Shown here piece by piece: positions 29,633 to 45,260 of a stretch of 64,000 nucleotides of DNA; within the stretch, counting starts at the first letter, position 1; each line of letters begins with the position of its first letter. The stretch is from assembly GCF_009914755.1 (NCBI RefSeq), contig NC_060936.1; one strand, written 5' to 3'. Source of the DNA: the human T2T-CHM13v2.0 reference genome, Homo sapiens. Under the pieces are notes generated by a model that searched no databases, was not told where the DNA came from, and saw only the letters and a list, made by a program, of their open reading frames with translations. The position numbers and the translations under genes are program-made.

Positions 29633-30827
29633 GAGTAGCTTGGATGCCAAATGGAACAAAGGGTAAAAATAGATCTGGATCAAAACAAACTTTGGGTGAA
29701 AGTGCAGGAGAGGCAGGTGACTGGTTGTTTACATTTCAATATGTCTTATCTCTCTTTCTAAATTGTTCATTGTTTGAAGTGAGGCACACTTCTAGGTACA
29801 ACTAAAAGTTGTACTGAACCTTTCTGTGCCTTGGACTCTTACCTGAAAATGGATACAATAATAATGCCTACCTCATAGCATTATTGTGAGAACAATGAAT
29901 TAATGCATGTCAGTGCAACAGTGCAGATTGCAGAGTAAGTGTTCAATAAATGTCAATTATTATGACTCTGCATAATGACCATGAGGCACACATAGTAGAA
30001 ATTCAAAAGATATTAGTGGACGCGGAATTGCATGGGATGCTCATAAGCCTGATGTTTATAACTCAGAGACCACCTAGTATTAAAATATCTGTAAGACAGA
30101 TTGGTATGGGAATAATTGGGAATAATTACTTACATTGATAATGTGACTGTTTTAAATGTAACCTCAAGAGTTCACTGAAATGCTATCTTTCTGAGTATCA
30201 TTTAGTTCACTGAGTCTTTTCAGAGATGTATTGTGAGGGAAATCTAAAACAGTAATAAATATTGCAAAGCTAGGCAAACCTATTCTGGTGTGTTCCTTCA
30301 GCAAGAAGTGTCAGTCTCAAACGTGTTCAGCTCAGCCCAGACACAGGAAACAAAGAAAGACCTTCCGCTTTATGAATTCAGTTCCATCATTACCTAGAAA
30401 GCCACTCAAGATATACAAAATGTTTGAAGAAAGAGGCTCGTACTGGTCATGCTGTTCTAAGTTTAATATTCAGTGGACCGGGGGGAACTCTCGAGTACTT
30501 GCTCAGCCATCAAGCTGCACTTTCCCTTCCAAACTTCTGACTCTGCAAGTTCAGATCTTAGAGTAGGGCTTCTATCCAGCTTCCAGGTTTTCATGCCACT
30601 TTTTCCTGAGAGTATAGCTCTGCACTCACCCCCAGATAGGCCCTTGACAGCCTGCCTATCCATTTCTCACCCTCTTATCCTGTTACCTGAACTATGCTAC
30701 TGTCCGCCATATACTGAATGAGATCCTGCTTCAAACCCCATGGATCCTTCTGGAAAGATTATTACTGCTTCTCTGACTATAAGTACTACTGCTACAGCTT
30801 AGATTCACCTGGTATTCCCCATGCCAC

Positions 30828-31150
30828 TTTATTTATTTTTTTATTTATTTTCATTTTTTTTTTTGAGACAGGGTCTTGCTCTGTTGCCTAGGCTGGAGGC
30901 CAGTGGCATGATCATAGCTCACTGTAACTTTTGATTCCTGGGCTCAAGCAGTCCTCCCACCTCAGCCTCCCAAGTAGCTAGGACTACAGGCAGGCACCAC
31001 CATGTCTGGCTAATTTTTAATCTTTTTGTAGAAATGGGGTCTTGCTATGTTGTCCAGGCTGTCTCAAACTCTTAGCCTCAAGTGATTATCCTGCCTCAGC
31101 CTCCCAAAGTGCTGGAATTAAAGATGTGAGCCACCCTGTACACCCAGCCT
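30828..31150 (-). mobile_element. AluJ
   Basis: GATCATAGCTCACTGTAAC and GGGCTCAAGCAGTCCTCCCAC. Confidence 0.9.
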
Positions 31151-31790
31151 CCACTCCACTTTAGACCCTCCTGTTGGGACCACTGACCATCCCTAGCAGA
31201 GGCAGGCCCAGTTGCTGTCTTTTATAATCCTTCCCTTCCCTTGCCTGTGCCCATACTTACCTTCCTTTTTTTTTGTTTTTGTTTTTGTTTTTGTTTTTGT
31301 TTGTTTCCCTACTGGCTCAGAAAACCTCATTCATAGCTGATAGGAAGGTAAGATTGGAAGGGAATAAGAAAAAGGCAAATATTACAAAGATGAGGAGTGA
31401 TAAGAATACTTTGAGCTCCAGAGATGTAAATACTGTGCATAGGAAATAGAAAATAAACAAAATGATTCTGAAATTTTCACATAAGGGAGGAAATATAATT
31501 TCATATACAGGCAATATGAAAATAAAGTTGGATTTAACTCTGACTCCTGCCTCTTCCACCTACAGGTGATATGACCTTGTGCAAGGTTAAGCCCTCTGAG
31601 TGTATTTCCTCACTTATACATGAGGTTATAAAATGGTTCATTTTGCAGGGTTACTGTGAAGACTAAATACGATGACACATATGAAAATGCTCCATTTATG
31701 CCTGGCAACTGTTCTGCCCGTGTCTTAGGTTAGAGGTTGAAAGGTGAAACTATTGGCTGAATTTGGTTCAAAGATATGTTTTATTTTGCC

Positions 31791-32342
31791 TTGAGTTAGG
31801 GTCCCCAAGACCAGCCCCAAGTTTGATGATTCACTAGGAGGACTTATAGGACTCACATATAGTAATACTCATGATTATGATTGGCAAAAGGATACAAAGC
31901 AAAATCAGCAAGGAAAAAGGCACATGGGTCAAAATCCAGGATATACCAGCCACAGACTTTCAAGGGTCATCTCCCATGGAGTTCACACAGGATGTGCTCA
32001 ATTGCCCCAGTAATGAGTTGTGATAAAACATGTGAAATGATGCCAACCAGGAAATTCATTACAGACTCAGAGCTCAGGGATTTTATTGGGGCCTAGTCAT
32101 ATAGGCAGCCTCTGCTAGGCACATACTCAAATTTCAGAGTCCTAGAAGGAAAGCCAGTAGTCAGCATAAACATGTTGTCTACACAAAAAGTTTAGGCACA
32201 GCGAGTCACTCTTACCAGTTCTGGGAATGGTGGGAACCCTCCTGAAATCCAAGTTCCCAGATGCCAGCCAAGGGCCGGCTTTGTAAGCAGGCCTTTCCAA
32301 GGATAAGCAGTTAGGGCTGCTACCTCAACTTTTTGTTGCACA
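31791..32342. mobile_element. MER21B/C LTR (ERVL)
   Basis: GGGTCCCCAAGACCAGCCCCAAGTTTGATGATTCACTAGGAGGACT...CCTGAAATCCAAGTTCCCAGATGCCAGCCAAGGGCC...TTGCACA. Confidence 0.8.
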
Positions 32343-33737
32343 GACCTGCACAGGGTTTGTCTGTGCAGGTTTCTTTGTTTTGTTTTATTTGTATTTTACT
32401 TAGTTGCCATTTTTTAAATATTAAGATATTTCACTCAGGATTTCCATCTTCATGTGAAAAATCAAGTAGTTAAAAAATAGATTCATATTCCCACATGGCA
32501 ACAATTGGTAGTCCCTTTTAGATAAGGCTTCATGTTCCCTCAAATTCCTCCTAGTCTCTGCCACTCCCAATAGTCTTTGCCACACTGAGCACCAACTGCC
32601 ATTTACATCCTGCTTTTGCGAATCTGGCCTTGGCCGCTTGGACCAGGAGTGGCCGCTTGGACCAGGAATGGCCATTTGACCAGATGACAAGAGAAAGAAG
32701 CAGGCATGTGGAATACCACTGAGTCGTGATAATGAACAATGATGCAAACAGGTCATGGTTAATGAATTCCTCCTGTTGAGGTCACCAGAAATGCCATGAA
32801 ATCAGAACTCCTCTTTGCCACCCTCTATTATAGCAGTTACTTGTGGGTATTCTTGGGTTGATATGACAACACTTTCATTGCTATATATAGTAAGTCCTCT
32901 TTATTTAAGCTAACTCCAGTCAGTCTTTGCTCCTGCCCACCTAAAGATCACTGATCGGAAAAGTGTTAATATAAATTAATTATTACATATATTTGCCCGT
33001 TAGAACTTTGTAACTTGAAGTCATTGTTATTGTCATCCCCACCAAGACTTGTGATCACAGACTAAAATATGTCAACAGAAAGGTAAATCTTGTTCAAAGG
33101 AAATCAATCCAATCAAGTAGTTGTATGTATCGATATGCCCTTTTATTTACTAACTCAACTACTGTGTGATAAAATGAAATTTCATCTTTATATTCCTAGC
33201 ATCTAGAAAACTACCAGCTATGGAGTTGGATTCAATAAATGTTTCCTAACTTTATAAAGTTCATCTATAACAAGGTCTAGAAACCCAAGGATAGAAATAA
33301 TGAAAATCATTATGCTCATGCTAAAAAGGGGAAAATGCAAGTGATATAATTGCAGTAGTGTGCTGCATGCCACCCAACCATACAAATGTTCTAGATGCTT
33401 CTTTTCTCATTCTAGTTACAAAACCGGCACAGATACAAGCTCCAGAGAAGGAACTGCAAAGATTCCAATGTCTGTTGATAGGTTCATTCTACTAAAAGCA
33501 AAGAATTTGAAAAGTTCTTTACTTGCTTCCTTGATAGTTTCATTTCTCAGACGACTGAGGAAGCAATTAGGGGATTTTATATTCTAGACTTGACTTTTAC
33601 TAATAAGAAAAACTGAGTTTTTAAAGTTAGTAAAGTAACTAGAAACTACAAGAACACCAAGAAAAAGAGGCAGTGTCATGCAGATTGCGTATCCCTTATC
33701 CATTAAGGTGCTAACATAAGAATTAGGCGTGCTGGGG

Positions 33738-35660
33738 ATTCATTCATTCATTCAACAAATGTTTACTGAATGCTTACTATACGCATGCCTATTTTAGGTT
33801 CTGGGTATATGACAGTGAATAACATAGACAAAAATCCATGCTCTGTTGGACCTTGCATTCTAGTTGGGGGACGGGGATAATAAACAGCTATATTAATAAA
33901 ATATGTAATAGTTCAAATGGTGATATGAACTATGAAGGACAATGTCAGGGAAGAGGAATAGAAATTGCTAGGGAAGAAGGATGCTGTAATTTTATGTAAG
34001 GTTATTGGAGAAGGCCTTGAAAAAGGGACATTTGAGCCAAGGTAGATGGGGGAATGAGCTATGTAGGCAAGTGGGAAAAGAGGGAGAGAGAACAGAAGGT
34101 ATATATGGGTTTGTGCCCTGCTAAGTGAGCCAAGGGAGAGTAGGAGATGAGATTAAAGATTGCAAAATGCCTTGTAGGCTATTGACTTTGGTTTTACTCT
34201 GGAATGAGAAGCCGGTAGAGAGTTTGAGCAGGGTAGTGACATAATCTAGCTGACATTTAAAAACGCAGGCGAGAGGGAGGAAGCAGGAGATTAGTGCAAT
34301 AATCCAGATTAGAGATGTTGCTAGTGTAGACCAAAGTGATAACAGCTGACTTGGTAAAAATAGTCAGATTCTCGACATATTTTGAAGGCAGGGCTACCAT
34401 GATTGAATTATGGGAGAGGAAAAGTGGCAGAAAGAATTGAGGATGACTCTAAGGTTTTGGCAAGAGTGACTAGAAGGATGGAGATGTGATTAACTGAAAT
34501 GGAGGAAAACTGTGAAAGGAAGAGTTTTGTAAGAGAAGAGGAGTTCAATTTTTAGACATGTTAAATTTGAGATTCCTTTTACACCTCAAAGTGGAAATGT
34601 TGGTAGGCAGTTAAATATATGAGCCTGAAATTTAGGCAAGAGTTCTTGGCTGGAGAGTTATCAGTATATAGGTAATATTTAAAACCATGAGATTAGATGA
34701 GATCACTGAAGGAGAGAAAGTATTGGCCAGGTACAGTGGCTCACGCCTGTAGTCCCAGCACTTTGGGAGGCTGAGGCAGGAGCATTGCTTAAGCCTAGAA
34801 GTTTAAGACCAGACTGGGCAACACAGTAAGACCCTGCATAGCAAAACCCTGTCTCTACAATTTTTTTTTAATTAGCTGAGGATGGTGGCACACACCTGTA
34901 GTCCTAGCTACTCAGGAGGCTAAGGTGGGAGGATCGTTTGAGCCCAAGAGTTAGACGCTGCAGTGAGCTATGATCACACCATGACACTCCAGTCTGAGCA
35001 ATGGAGTGAGATTCTGTCTCTAAAAAAAAAAAAGAAAAGAAGGAAGGAAGGAAGGAAAAGAAAGAAAGAAAGGAAGGAAGGAAGAGAGAGAGAGAGAGAA
35101 AGAAGCATTGAAGATAAGAATATAAGAGTTTCAAGAATGAGGTGTTTCAAAGTTTGGATGTGAGGGTGATGATAAGGAATGAGCAAAGGAGGCTGGAGGC
35201 TGAGAGAGAAGTAGCAGCTGAAGAAATAGGAGACAATCTGAGAGAATGAGATGTCCCGGCAGCAAAGGGAATAAAGTGCCTGGAGAGGAGAGAGGTCACT
35301 GTCAAGTGAAGAGAAGTCAAGATAAAATAAAGACTTACCTTTGGATTTTACCATGTGGAGGCTTTAACATGGGCAGTTTAAGTGTTGTAAAGGTGAATAA
35401 AACACTGTTGGAGTCTGGTCAAGAGAGAATCAGTAGAAAAGAATTTGGAGACTGCAAATTTCAAGCAACAACAACACGCGGTCTATTTCTACATGTTTTG
35501 CAATAAAAGGGAGCAGAGAAATGGACAGTAGGTAGAAGAAGAATGTTGGGTCAGGAGGATTTTTTTTAATTGGAGGAATTTGTATGTTGATGGAGTGATC
35601 CAATGGAGAGGGGAGGGGAAACTGAGGATGTAGGAGAGTGAAAGCAGAATTGACAGAGCA
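33738..35660 (-). mobile_element. L2 LINE (long fragment, Alu-interrupted)
   Basis: ATTCATTCATTCATTCAACAAATGTTTACTGAATGC (L2 3' end), followed by about 1.5 kb of purine-rich L2 sequence (TTTTAGACATGTTAAATTTGAG, GAGATTAGATGAGATCAC). Confidence 0.8.
34725..35100 (+). mobile_element. AluJ with (GGAA/GAAA/GA)n expanded tail
   Basis: Alu dimer at 34725-35020, then purine microsatellite at 35021-35103. Confidence 0.9.
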
Positions 35661-37258
35661 ATGTTCTTGAGGAGGCATGTAAAAACAACAGATGTCTGCT
35701 CCAAAAACATATGGGAAATCTTAGAAAGCCCAGATTTTCTAAAAACCCAGAGTAAAGATAACTGCGGTCCTATGACCAACACCATTAAAAAGGGACAGCA
35801 GATGCAGAAGAATGGAAGTGTCGAAGGGGTGGAATTCTGATGGAGTGGAGGATTCTGGCTTGAACCTAAATTTGGTCACCATTGGCATTCATTCAGACAC
35901 ATCTGCCTGTGTAGTGACAGGGCATGAATCCTCTGTTTTCATGCATGAGTGGAAGTCTCCTGGGAAAGAATTTCTTCTAAAAGAAGAGAAAGCAGGGCCC
36001 TTAAGTTTGGACCAATAACTGGTCAGAGGGGAGGGGTGTTTAGCACACTGTGATGTCTGTCTCTCAGGTTTGGCCTCTGGTCCAGCCTTCATAAATCCAT
36101 GTCAGATTACTAAGGAGAGGGACATATAAGAATGGACAACTTTATTTCACTAAACTATGTAAGATACTAGGATCATGAAATTATTTTATTTTGCTACTCT
36201 TCTGCTCATGATAACACAAAAAGGAGAAAAGCTTGATCCCACTGAGGTGCAGCATGGCCTCAGTGCGTTGAAGACTCCAAAAACCACCTTCTCCTCAACT
36301 TTAATGCTCAACGGATCTGCAGTGGAGACCACCTCTTATGTCTGTGACCACAATAGAGGCCAGCTCTCATCACACTGCAGCAGTGGAACCAGTTCCAAGA
36401 GTGAGAGAGATTTTAATAGTTTGCAGCTTCAGGACCCCTTAGCATGGACACACCACTGTAATAGTGGACACCAGCTGCAGTGGCAGTGGTCAGGCACTAC
36501 CAAATGACTTAATAGCAAGCAGAGCTTTAAGCAGCAGACATCACGAGAGGGGGCCAGAATGGGGGAGAATCATGGCAGACACAGACAATAGCTGCTATAA
36601 CTTGTTTACAAGCACCTGTTATATAACCTAACGGCACCTAGAGACAACTGGATGAGACTTTGAGGGTAGCTAGAACCACAACAGAGGGTTGGGGTAAAAC
36701 TAATATACAAAACCCTTTATTACTATTAATATGGTTCCATTTTATCCTTAGATTAGTGTGGCTAGGGAAACAGCTTATAAGAAATTACAATCACATATGA
36801 AGCTGATAAGGAAGACAATACTAAAAGAAACACATGTGGCTGAAAAGAATGAGCCTATATTGAGAGACATGCTGATGACAGAAAGAGGCAAGAACAAATA
36901 TGAAGGAAAAACCTCAGGAAAGATAAAGCACAGAACCAGCTGAGGTTAAAGATAACAAAAACAATTGCAGTTTGTTTTTTTTTTTTTAAAAAAAAAAACT
37001 ATGGAGCAAGAAAATGGTGTAAGCTGACAGATGGCAGAGAAAGTATAACTACTTAACCATTACTTTATTTCTTTACTTTTTTTAAATGAAGAAAATGGCC
37101 TTCAAAGTGGGAGGTGAAAAACATAACTAAGCAGGAACTAATCTGGACAGTATAATTATGGTAGATCCTCTTTATTATTTCTTTTGTTTATTTTTTTGAA
37201 TTAAAAAAAGCATCCACAGACAGTGTGTAAACAAATGGACATGGTTATGTTCTTTTTA

Positions 37259-37551
37259 CTTTATTTTATTTTATTTTATTTTTGAGTGAGAGTCTCACTC
37301 TGTTCCCCAGGCTGGAGTGCAATGGCACAGTCTCAGCTCACTGCAACCTCCGCCTCCTATGTTCAAGTGATTCTCCTACCTTAGTCTCCTGAGTAGGAGG
37401 GACTACAGGCACGTTGCTACCATGCCTGGCTAATTTTTGTATTTTTAGTGGAGATAGGGTTTCACCATGTTGGCCATGCTGGTCTCAAACTCCTGGCCTC
37501 TTCAGCCTCCCAAAGTGCTGGGATTACAGATGTGAGCCACTGCTCTAGGCC
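37259..37551 (-). mobile_element. AluS (Sz-like) with about 15-bp left-arm deletion
   Basis: Dimer. The tail contains an extra 53-bp segment (see findings). Confidence 0.9.
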
Positions 37552-37907
37552 CACTTTTCTCTATTTTCTAAAAATAGTTTTAGAATGAGTTATTATCATT
37601 TTTAGTTTAGAAAGACTCTATTTGATTGAAAAACAGGGAATTACTATTTGACATAAGTAAAAGATTTCTTAAGCGTTCAACTCAATGCCTTAGATGATGC
37701 TAAGCCCACAAACCCAGATTAATTACCTCCTAAGGTACTAAGAGAGAATAGATGTGATGGTGGGACAAGAGCTGATCATTTTAAAGGCATGATGGAGAAC
37801 AAGAAAGTTGCTAGATTATATCTAATAAGTTTTACAGTTTATAAAGCAATGTTATATGACTAATATTAACTAGTATTATCTGCTATGTGCTAGGCATTGT
37901 GCTAGAC

Positions 37908-38538
<631 letters not shown>

Positions 38539-38676
38539 GGCAAGATGCATATCTGATGTAATCTCTAATCCACAGCAACTGTGCAAGTTTATATTTTATT
38601 TCATTACTCTCTCCAGATCCAGCCCAGGAATGTGGGCTGGGAAGCCAGTATTATCCCTGTAATAAAACTGAAGCTC

Positions 38677-38990
38677 AGCCGGGTGCGGTGGCTCATGCCT
38701 GTAATTCCAGCACTTTGGGAGGCCGAGGTGGGCAGAACACGATGTCAGGAGATTGGGACCATCCTGGCTAACACGGTGAAACCCCGTCTCTACTAAAAAC
38801 ACACACACAAAAATTAGCCAGGCGTGGTGGCGGGCGCCTGTGGTCCCAGCTACTCAGGGGGCTGAGGCAGGAGAATGGCGTGAACCTGGGAGGCGGAGTT
38901 TGCAGTAAGCCAAGATAGCACGCCACTGCACTCCAGCCTGGGCGACAGAGGGAGACTCCGTCTCAAAAAAAACAAAAAACAAAACACAGA
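38677..38990 (+). mobile_element. AluY (inserted in a MIR)
   Basis: ACCATCCTGGCTAACACGGTG and GAATGGCGTGAACC. Confidence 0.93.
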
Positions 38991-39169
38991 AGAGAAGCTC
39001 AGAGCATTTCAGTGACTTATTCAAGGTCGCACAGCTCACTTGGGACTCATATTGAAAGTGTTCACTAAGTGTAAGTTCCTGCTTTGTGTTTCTATACTAT
39101 AAAACATTTCATATATTATAAATACATTAAGATATAACACATAAAATTATAAAGAAGGACTTTTATTTT

Positions 39170-39640
39170 TGTACAGTGCTTTACAGTTTATAAAAGCACA
39201 TTTCACGAACTATTTTATTTGGGATCTCAGTTCTGCTAGCTTGGCAAGACAGGTATTGTTAGCCCCTTTTGCAATTGAAGCTCAGAAGGGTTAAATGGCT
39301 TGTCTAAAGTTATAGAACTAATTAGTGACAGAGCCAGGACCTGAACCCAGATCTTTTGTCTTCCAATTCAGTGCTAAGGGCATAATAAAATTGCTAATTT
39401 TTTTGCATTCTTAATATACCAGGAACTGTTCTAAATGCTTTACAGATATTAACTTATTTGAGTGTCACAATGACACTATGAAATATTTACTATTATTATT
39501 CCCATTTCACAGATGAAGAAACTGAAGCACAGAGTGGTCCAGTTACTTGCTCAAAACCACAGAGCTTGTAGTAGGTGATAGAGCCAGAATCTGAACTAGA
39601 CCATCTGGCTCTAGAATCAGATGTCTTAACCTCTACAAAC
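39170..39640 (-). mobile_element. Two adjacent MIR SINEs
   Basis: GCTCAGAAGGGTTAAATGGCTTGTCTAAAGT and CCCATTTCACAGATGAAGAAACTGAAGCACAGAG. Confidence 0.7.
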
Positions 39641-40424
39641 TCTGATTTTTCCCAGGGCATCTGACACAGCATCACTGATATTACTTTGAACCAGTTGCAA
39701 ACCTGTGTGCTAAATGAAAATGCAGTTAGATGATCACGTTGTCAATTAAATAGCAATACTAAGATTTAATGTTTAAAGATCTGCAGTATCCTGAGTGGGA
39801 ATCCCTCAAAGGAAAGGGATTGGTAGTAGAGTCTTCAGTAGTTTGTTAGTTTTTGCCTGCAGCATTGTGTTGCAGGTTACAAAAGCAAATATGTGGATTT
39901 ACAGGTTATATTATCTGCTTTTAAGTAAGTAATCCTCTCAAAATGAGAGTATTGCCTAACGGGATCCCTGCAAAGAAACTGTGTATGGTAGGCAGTTTAT
40001 ATTTTCATATGCTAATAATGCAAACACAATCAACAAGATGATGGCAGAGCCACCACCTGTAAATTCAGGGGCACTCATTCATCAGCTGTGCTGAGACAAA
40101 AGTGATTGGTAATAATCTAAGGAGATATAACATATGTAGTCTCATTGCTCTCACTAGAAATATAATTAATAATATGCAAAATAATATACAATCATCAATA
40201 AAAATAATTTTGCAATCAAAACAGTTGGAGATCATGATGTACATATATAAAGTCAAGCTGAATCTATGGATGGGGAGCTGTATCATTGAGTGCAATATAT
40301 ACCAGGAACATTCAGGTAGTTAAAAGTTTGCGGCTTGTTCATATGACCTGTTTTGCAAATGTTACCAGAAGAATGTATAATTCAGGTATTGTAAGCAACT
40401 TCTTTGAAGTTATTTGCAATCATT

Positions 40425-41035
40425 CTAAAGCAGCAGTTCAGAGTGTAGTTCTAGGACCAGCAGCATTAAGCATCACCTGAGAACTAGTTTAAAATGCAAA
40501 TTTTTGGACCCCACCTCAGATCTATCAAATGAGAAACTCTGGGGGTAAAGATAAACAATATATGCTTAAGCAAGCCCCCTAACTTATTTTGTTTATAGTT
40601 TAAGAATCATACATTGCCCAGGTCTAGAGCAGTTAGTACGAAATAGCTGAAAGAATAGGCAGGCATTTCTCAATACTCAACGATAATTAATATTGGATAA
40701 AGGCCATTTAAAGTGAATCTACCTAAGATCACAATTGTACAGTCTTGATACTCAAAGTCCAGAGACCAACAGCATCAGCATTCCTGGGAACTTATTAGAA
40801 ATGCAGAATTAAGGATCCTTCTCCTGACCTAATTGAATAACAATCTGTTTTTTGTTTGTTTGTTTTGAGACAAGGGTCATAGCTCACTGCAGCCTTGAAC
40901 TCCTGACCTCAAGCAATCCTCCCGCCTTGGCCTCCTAAAGCATTGGGATTACAGGTGTGAGCCACTGTACTGGACCAGAATCTGCATTTTTAACAGGAGT
41001 TCCAGGTGATTCTTATGCATATTAACATTTGAGAT
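40425..41035. mobile_element. Two MER5A-type elements; the second contains a partial Alu/FLAM at 40848-40976 (-)
   Basis: GGACCAGCAGCATTAAGCATCACCTGAGAACTAGTTTAAAATGCAAATT, CAGCATCAGCATTCCTGGGAACTTATTAGAAATGCAGAAT, AATCTGCATTTTTAACAGG. Confidence 0.7.
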
Positions 41036-42641
41036 GTTCAGTTATCGAAAATAATTTTTAAAATGTTTGTTTGGAAATTAACTTTAAAATGACACTTTGG
41101 CTTTTTCTTTTGGACAAAATTGTATGATAGTGTGATACAACATTGTTTACCACTTCATGTCTGACTTTTATAGTACTGTCATAACTTTTACAACAAAAAT
41201 AATTTGAGGGTTTTATTGTTTTCCAAAGGGCTTTATCTTTGATAATCAAATCATTCTCTTTTGAAGTGCCTAATCATCATCTCTGTTTATTTTATCTTAG
41301 TACATGCTCATCAGGCCTAACTTCCTCATTTGTCAATGGCTTTTATGTGATCCAGTAGTTTTCCAACATTAGTTCACTTATTTCATCAAACACATATTAT
41401 TTTTCAAAGCTCACAATCCACTTAGAGTCAATTTCCATTACACTTGTGGATATTCATATGCAACATTCAGGAAAGAGCTGACTGACAAGCACATTGACAG
41501 GATGGGTGGGGAGGGAAGCCAGTGTTAAGCTGGAGGATGTTTGGGTGGGGATAAATTTGATAAGTGGCCAGGTTGTTAGTGAACATGTCTATAATAGGAT
41601 GACTATTGCTGTCTTGGGTAACATGATAACTGGGCAGGCAGGCAAATAAAATCCAGATAACAATAACCTAAAAGTGAAGATGATTATCTCTGGGCAGTAA
41701 AAGTCCAGGCAATTTTTATTTCCTTCATTGTGCTTATCTGTAATTTCTAAATTTTCTAGAATGAATGCATGTTATTTTTGCAATCAGAAAAAAACTCTGT
41801 TATTTAACAATTTAAAAAATTGAGATATCATTTACATTCAGTAAAACGCAAAGAGATAAGTATTCAGTTCGAAGAATTTCAACAACTGTATGCATCCATG
41901 TAACCGCTCCAAACAAGATATAAAATATTTTCATCCCCAAAAGGTTGCTTTGTGTCCTTTTAAACCAGAAATTACCCTAATACAGCACTCCTTCTATAAT
42001 TACCCATGGCCTCCAACACTTTCTCACCTCTAAAGTGGTTTCAGTGTGCTACTCTGGAATGACACATTATATCTAGATTTCAGCAAATATTCATTTTTTT
42101 TATACACAGAGGTAGTCGATGCTGCACTCTGCATTTCTTTCCATATACCCCTTTTGTGTATTTCTAACTCATACTTTGAGTAGAAAATGGGAAAAAATGT
42201 TTTCCTCCTATAATTTCCCCTCCCCCAGAACCATCCTTTTTCCTCTTTCCCTCCTGCTTTGAAACAGCTACTGAGCTGCCAGCAGAGGATTCTATTAAGA
42301 TGAAAGCTTTGTCCTTGCAGAGGCAGACAAAGGGCTCTAAACAGAGCCTGCTCTCCAGTGTCTAGGAGAAGAGGTTACCATTCTGTCACAATGGTCTCTC
42401 CCATACCTTGCCCCCAACAACGCCCACATCTACCTCTCAAATATCTCGTTCTTATTGCTCCAGTTTATGGCAACGACAAAAACACTAAAAAAAATACTGA
42501 TTCAAATATAATAAAGATGAAAACACACAAATAACTTTTACACATGTTGTCTCATTTTGTGAAGCTGTCTTGGAAAAACCCTCGAGTTCTGTGGGGGAAA
42601 TACTAGTATTCACTCTTTCTTTTGTTCATTCATACCTGCAC

Positions 42642-42936
<295 letters not shown>

Positions 42937-43212
42937 CACAGCACATATTTTTATGTAGAGATACTGTGTGCCAAGCAAGATATTAGGCACTACATAACAA
43001 TGGCAAAAAAGGAAGTGTTCCTCACAAAGCTTATTGTCTAGCTGGGGAGACAAATGAGTAAGTAGGCAAATATGATTTATTCAGAATGTACCAATTCGGG
43101 TATGCACTTATGGAACCCAAGGTCATTGTAATGGTATTCAAAAGTTGGAAACTATCTAACAATAATAAGTGTTAAGTTACTATTACTTTTGAAAGATATA
43201 TTAGTGATATAC

Positions 43213-43517
43213 TTTTTATTATTATTATTTTTTAGACAGAGAGTCTTACTCTACAGCCCAGGCTTTGAGTGCAGTGGCATGATCATAGCTCACAGCAGCC
43301 TCAAATTCCTGGGCTCAAGTCAACCTCTCATCTCAGCCTCCCAAGCAGCTAGGATTATAAGCACATGCCACCATGTCCAGCTAATATTTTTAAAAAATTT
43401 CTGTAGAAACGGTCTCACTCTCTTGCCCAGGCTGATCTCAAACACTTGTTCCCAAGATCTTCCTACCTTGGCCTCCCGAAGTGCTGGAATTACAGGCATA
43501 AGCCACCACACCTGGCC
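43213..43517 (-). mobile_element. AluJ
   Basis: GATCATAGCTCACAGCAGCCTCAAATTCCTGGGCTCAAG. Confidence 0.88.
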
Positions 43518-44268
43518 TTAATGACATAATTTACACTAAATGTTTTGAGAGGGAGGGAGAGAAAAGCTGAAAGCCAGAATGCTAACTGGAAGAAATATAT
43601 TAAAAAGTTGAAAGGACTTATCTCTGTGAGATGGGATTTTTCTCCTTTTCATGTTTCTGTATTTTCCTAATTTCCTATGACAAGTATGTGTTACTTTTAT
43701 AATTAAATTAAAAAACTGTAAGGTGAAAAATGTAAGATTGTTATAAGTATGCTGGCACCCAGTGATGGTAATATTTATCTTCAAATATACCTTAAGCTAA
43801 AATGTATCTTTCTAATGAAATTTTAGTTTTTAAATGTTCCTTTATAACTTTTCTTTCAATATTTTATCTATAATTAGCTTCCTGGTTTTAAAATTTCACA
43901 TTTAAGGAACAACTTTCAAATATGTGCCTATGTATTCAGAGATATTTACAGTGCTTTTGTACATTATGTCATTTAATCCAGACAGTAATCCCATGAGGTT
44001 GGTGTTGTTATCACCTTTTTACAGAGGAAAAGCAAGGTTCAGAGATATTAAGGAACCAAAATCACAGTTAGTGGGTAGCAGAGACAGAGCTCCAATACAA
44101 TTTTTTCAAAACTGGAAATTCAGAGTTTCCTGCATTTCACAATGGTGCCTGTTATGTAGCTCTGAAATGATTCCAAACACTTACATAGATTGCTACGTGT
44201 GACATATGTTTTGCTGTGATAAGAACATGGAGTGTAATCCCCCTCCACATGGGAATGTTACGTTGCGA

Positions 44269-44867
44269 TGTTATAGGACCAACAGATTCATATGCCTGCT
44301 GTGCAGTGACAGACAGGTACAGAGATAGCAGGGTTTGCAGCAGAGAAAGAGTGTAATGATCACAGGGCACCAAGCAAGGGGATGGGAGGAGACCCTTAAA
44401 TCCATCTCTCCGAGAAGTTTCTAGCTGACGTTTTTCAGGGGGTCATGGAGGGTGAGGGGCTGGGAAATTGGGGTCATTGTTTTGTCAGGTAATGGGGATG
44501 AAATCATCAGGATGTGGAAACTGCATTCTTTGGTGAGTCATCTCTTCATGGGGTCCTTCAGACCAGGTGATGTCAGTAGTTTCACTGGTATACAAAACCT
44601 GAAAGAGCAAATGAAAACCTCAAATGGAAAACTTAACATTTTATAATGTTTAAATTGTTCTCTATAGAGCAGTTAAGGGGAACTATAATCTTGTAACAGG
44701 GTCTATGTGATTCTAAGGCAAGAGGCACAAAACAACTATGAGGGAGTGGGTCAGAGAGCAGGCTGACCTAGCGATTAATGCTGCATGTGCTGCAAGCTTG
44801 GTATATTTTTGTTTCTTCCTCTCACTTCTTCCATGATTAATTTATAAAGTTTACAGGGACGGTTTCA
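44269..44867 (-). mobile_element. ERV1 solo LTR (LTR35/LTR8-like)
   Basis: TG...CA termini (TGTTATAGGACCAACAG / GGGACGGTTTCA), about 600 bp. Contains TGAGTCA (AP-1) at 44534-44540. TSD not recognisable. Confidence 0.7.
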
Positions 44868-44946
44868 ATACCTTATCAGACTAGATATATGAGTTATTGG
44901 CCTCAACTACTGGACTCCAAAATACATATAAACCCAAGAATTTTAA

Positions 44947-45260
<314 letters not shown>

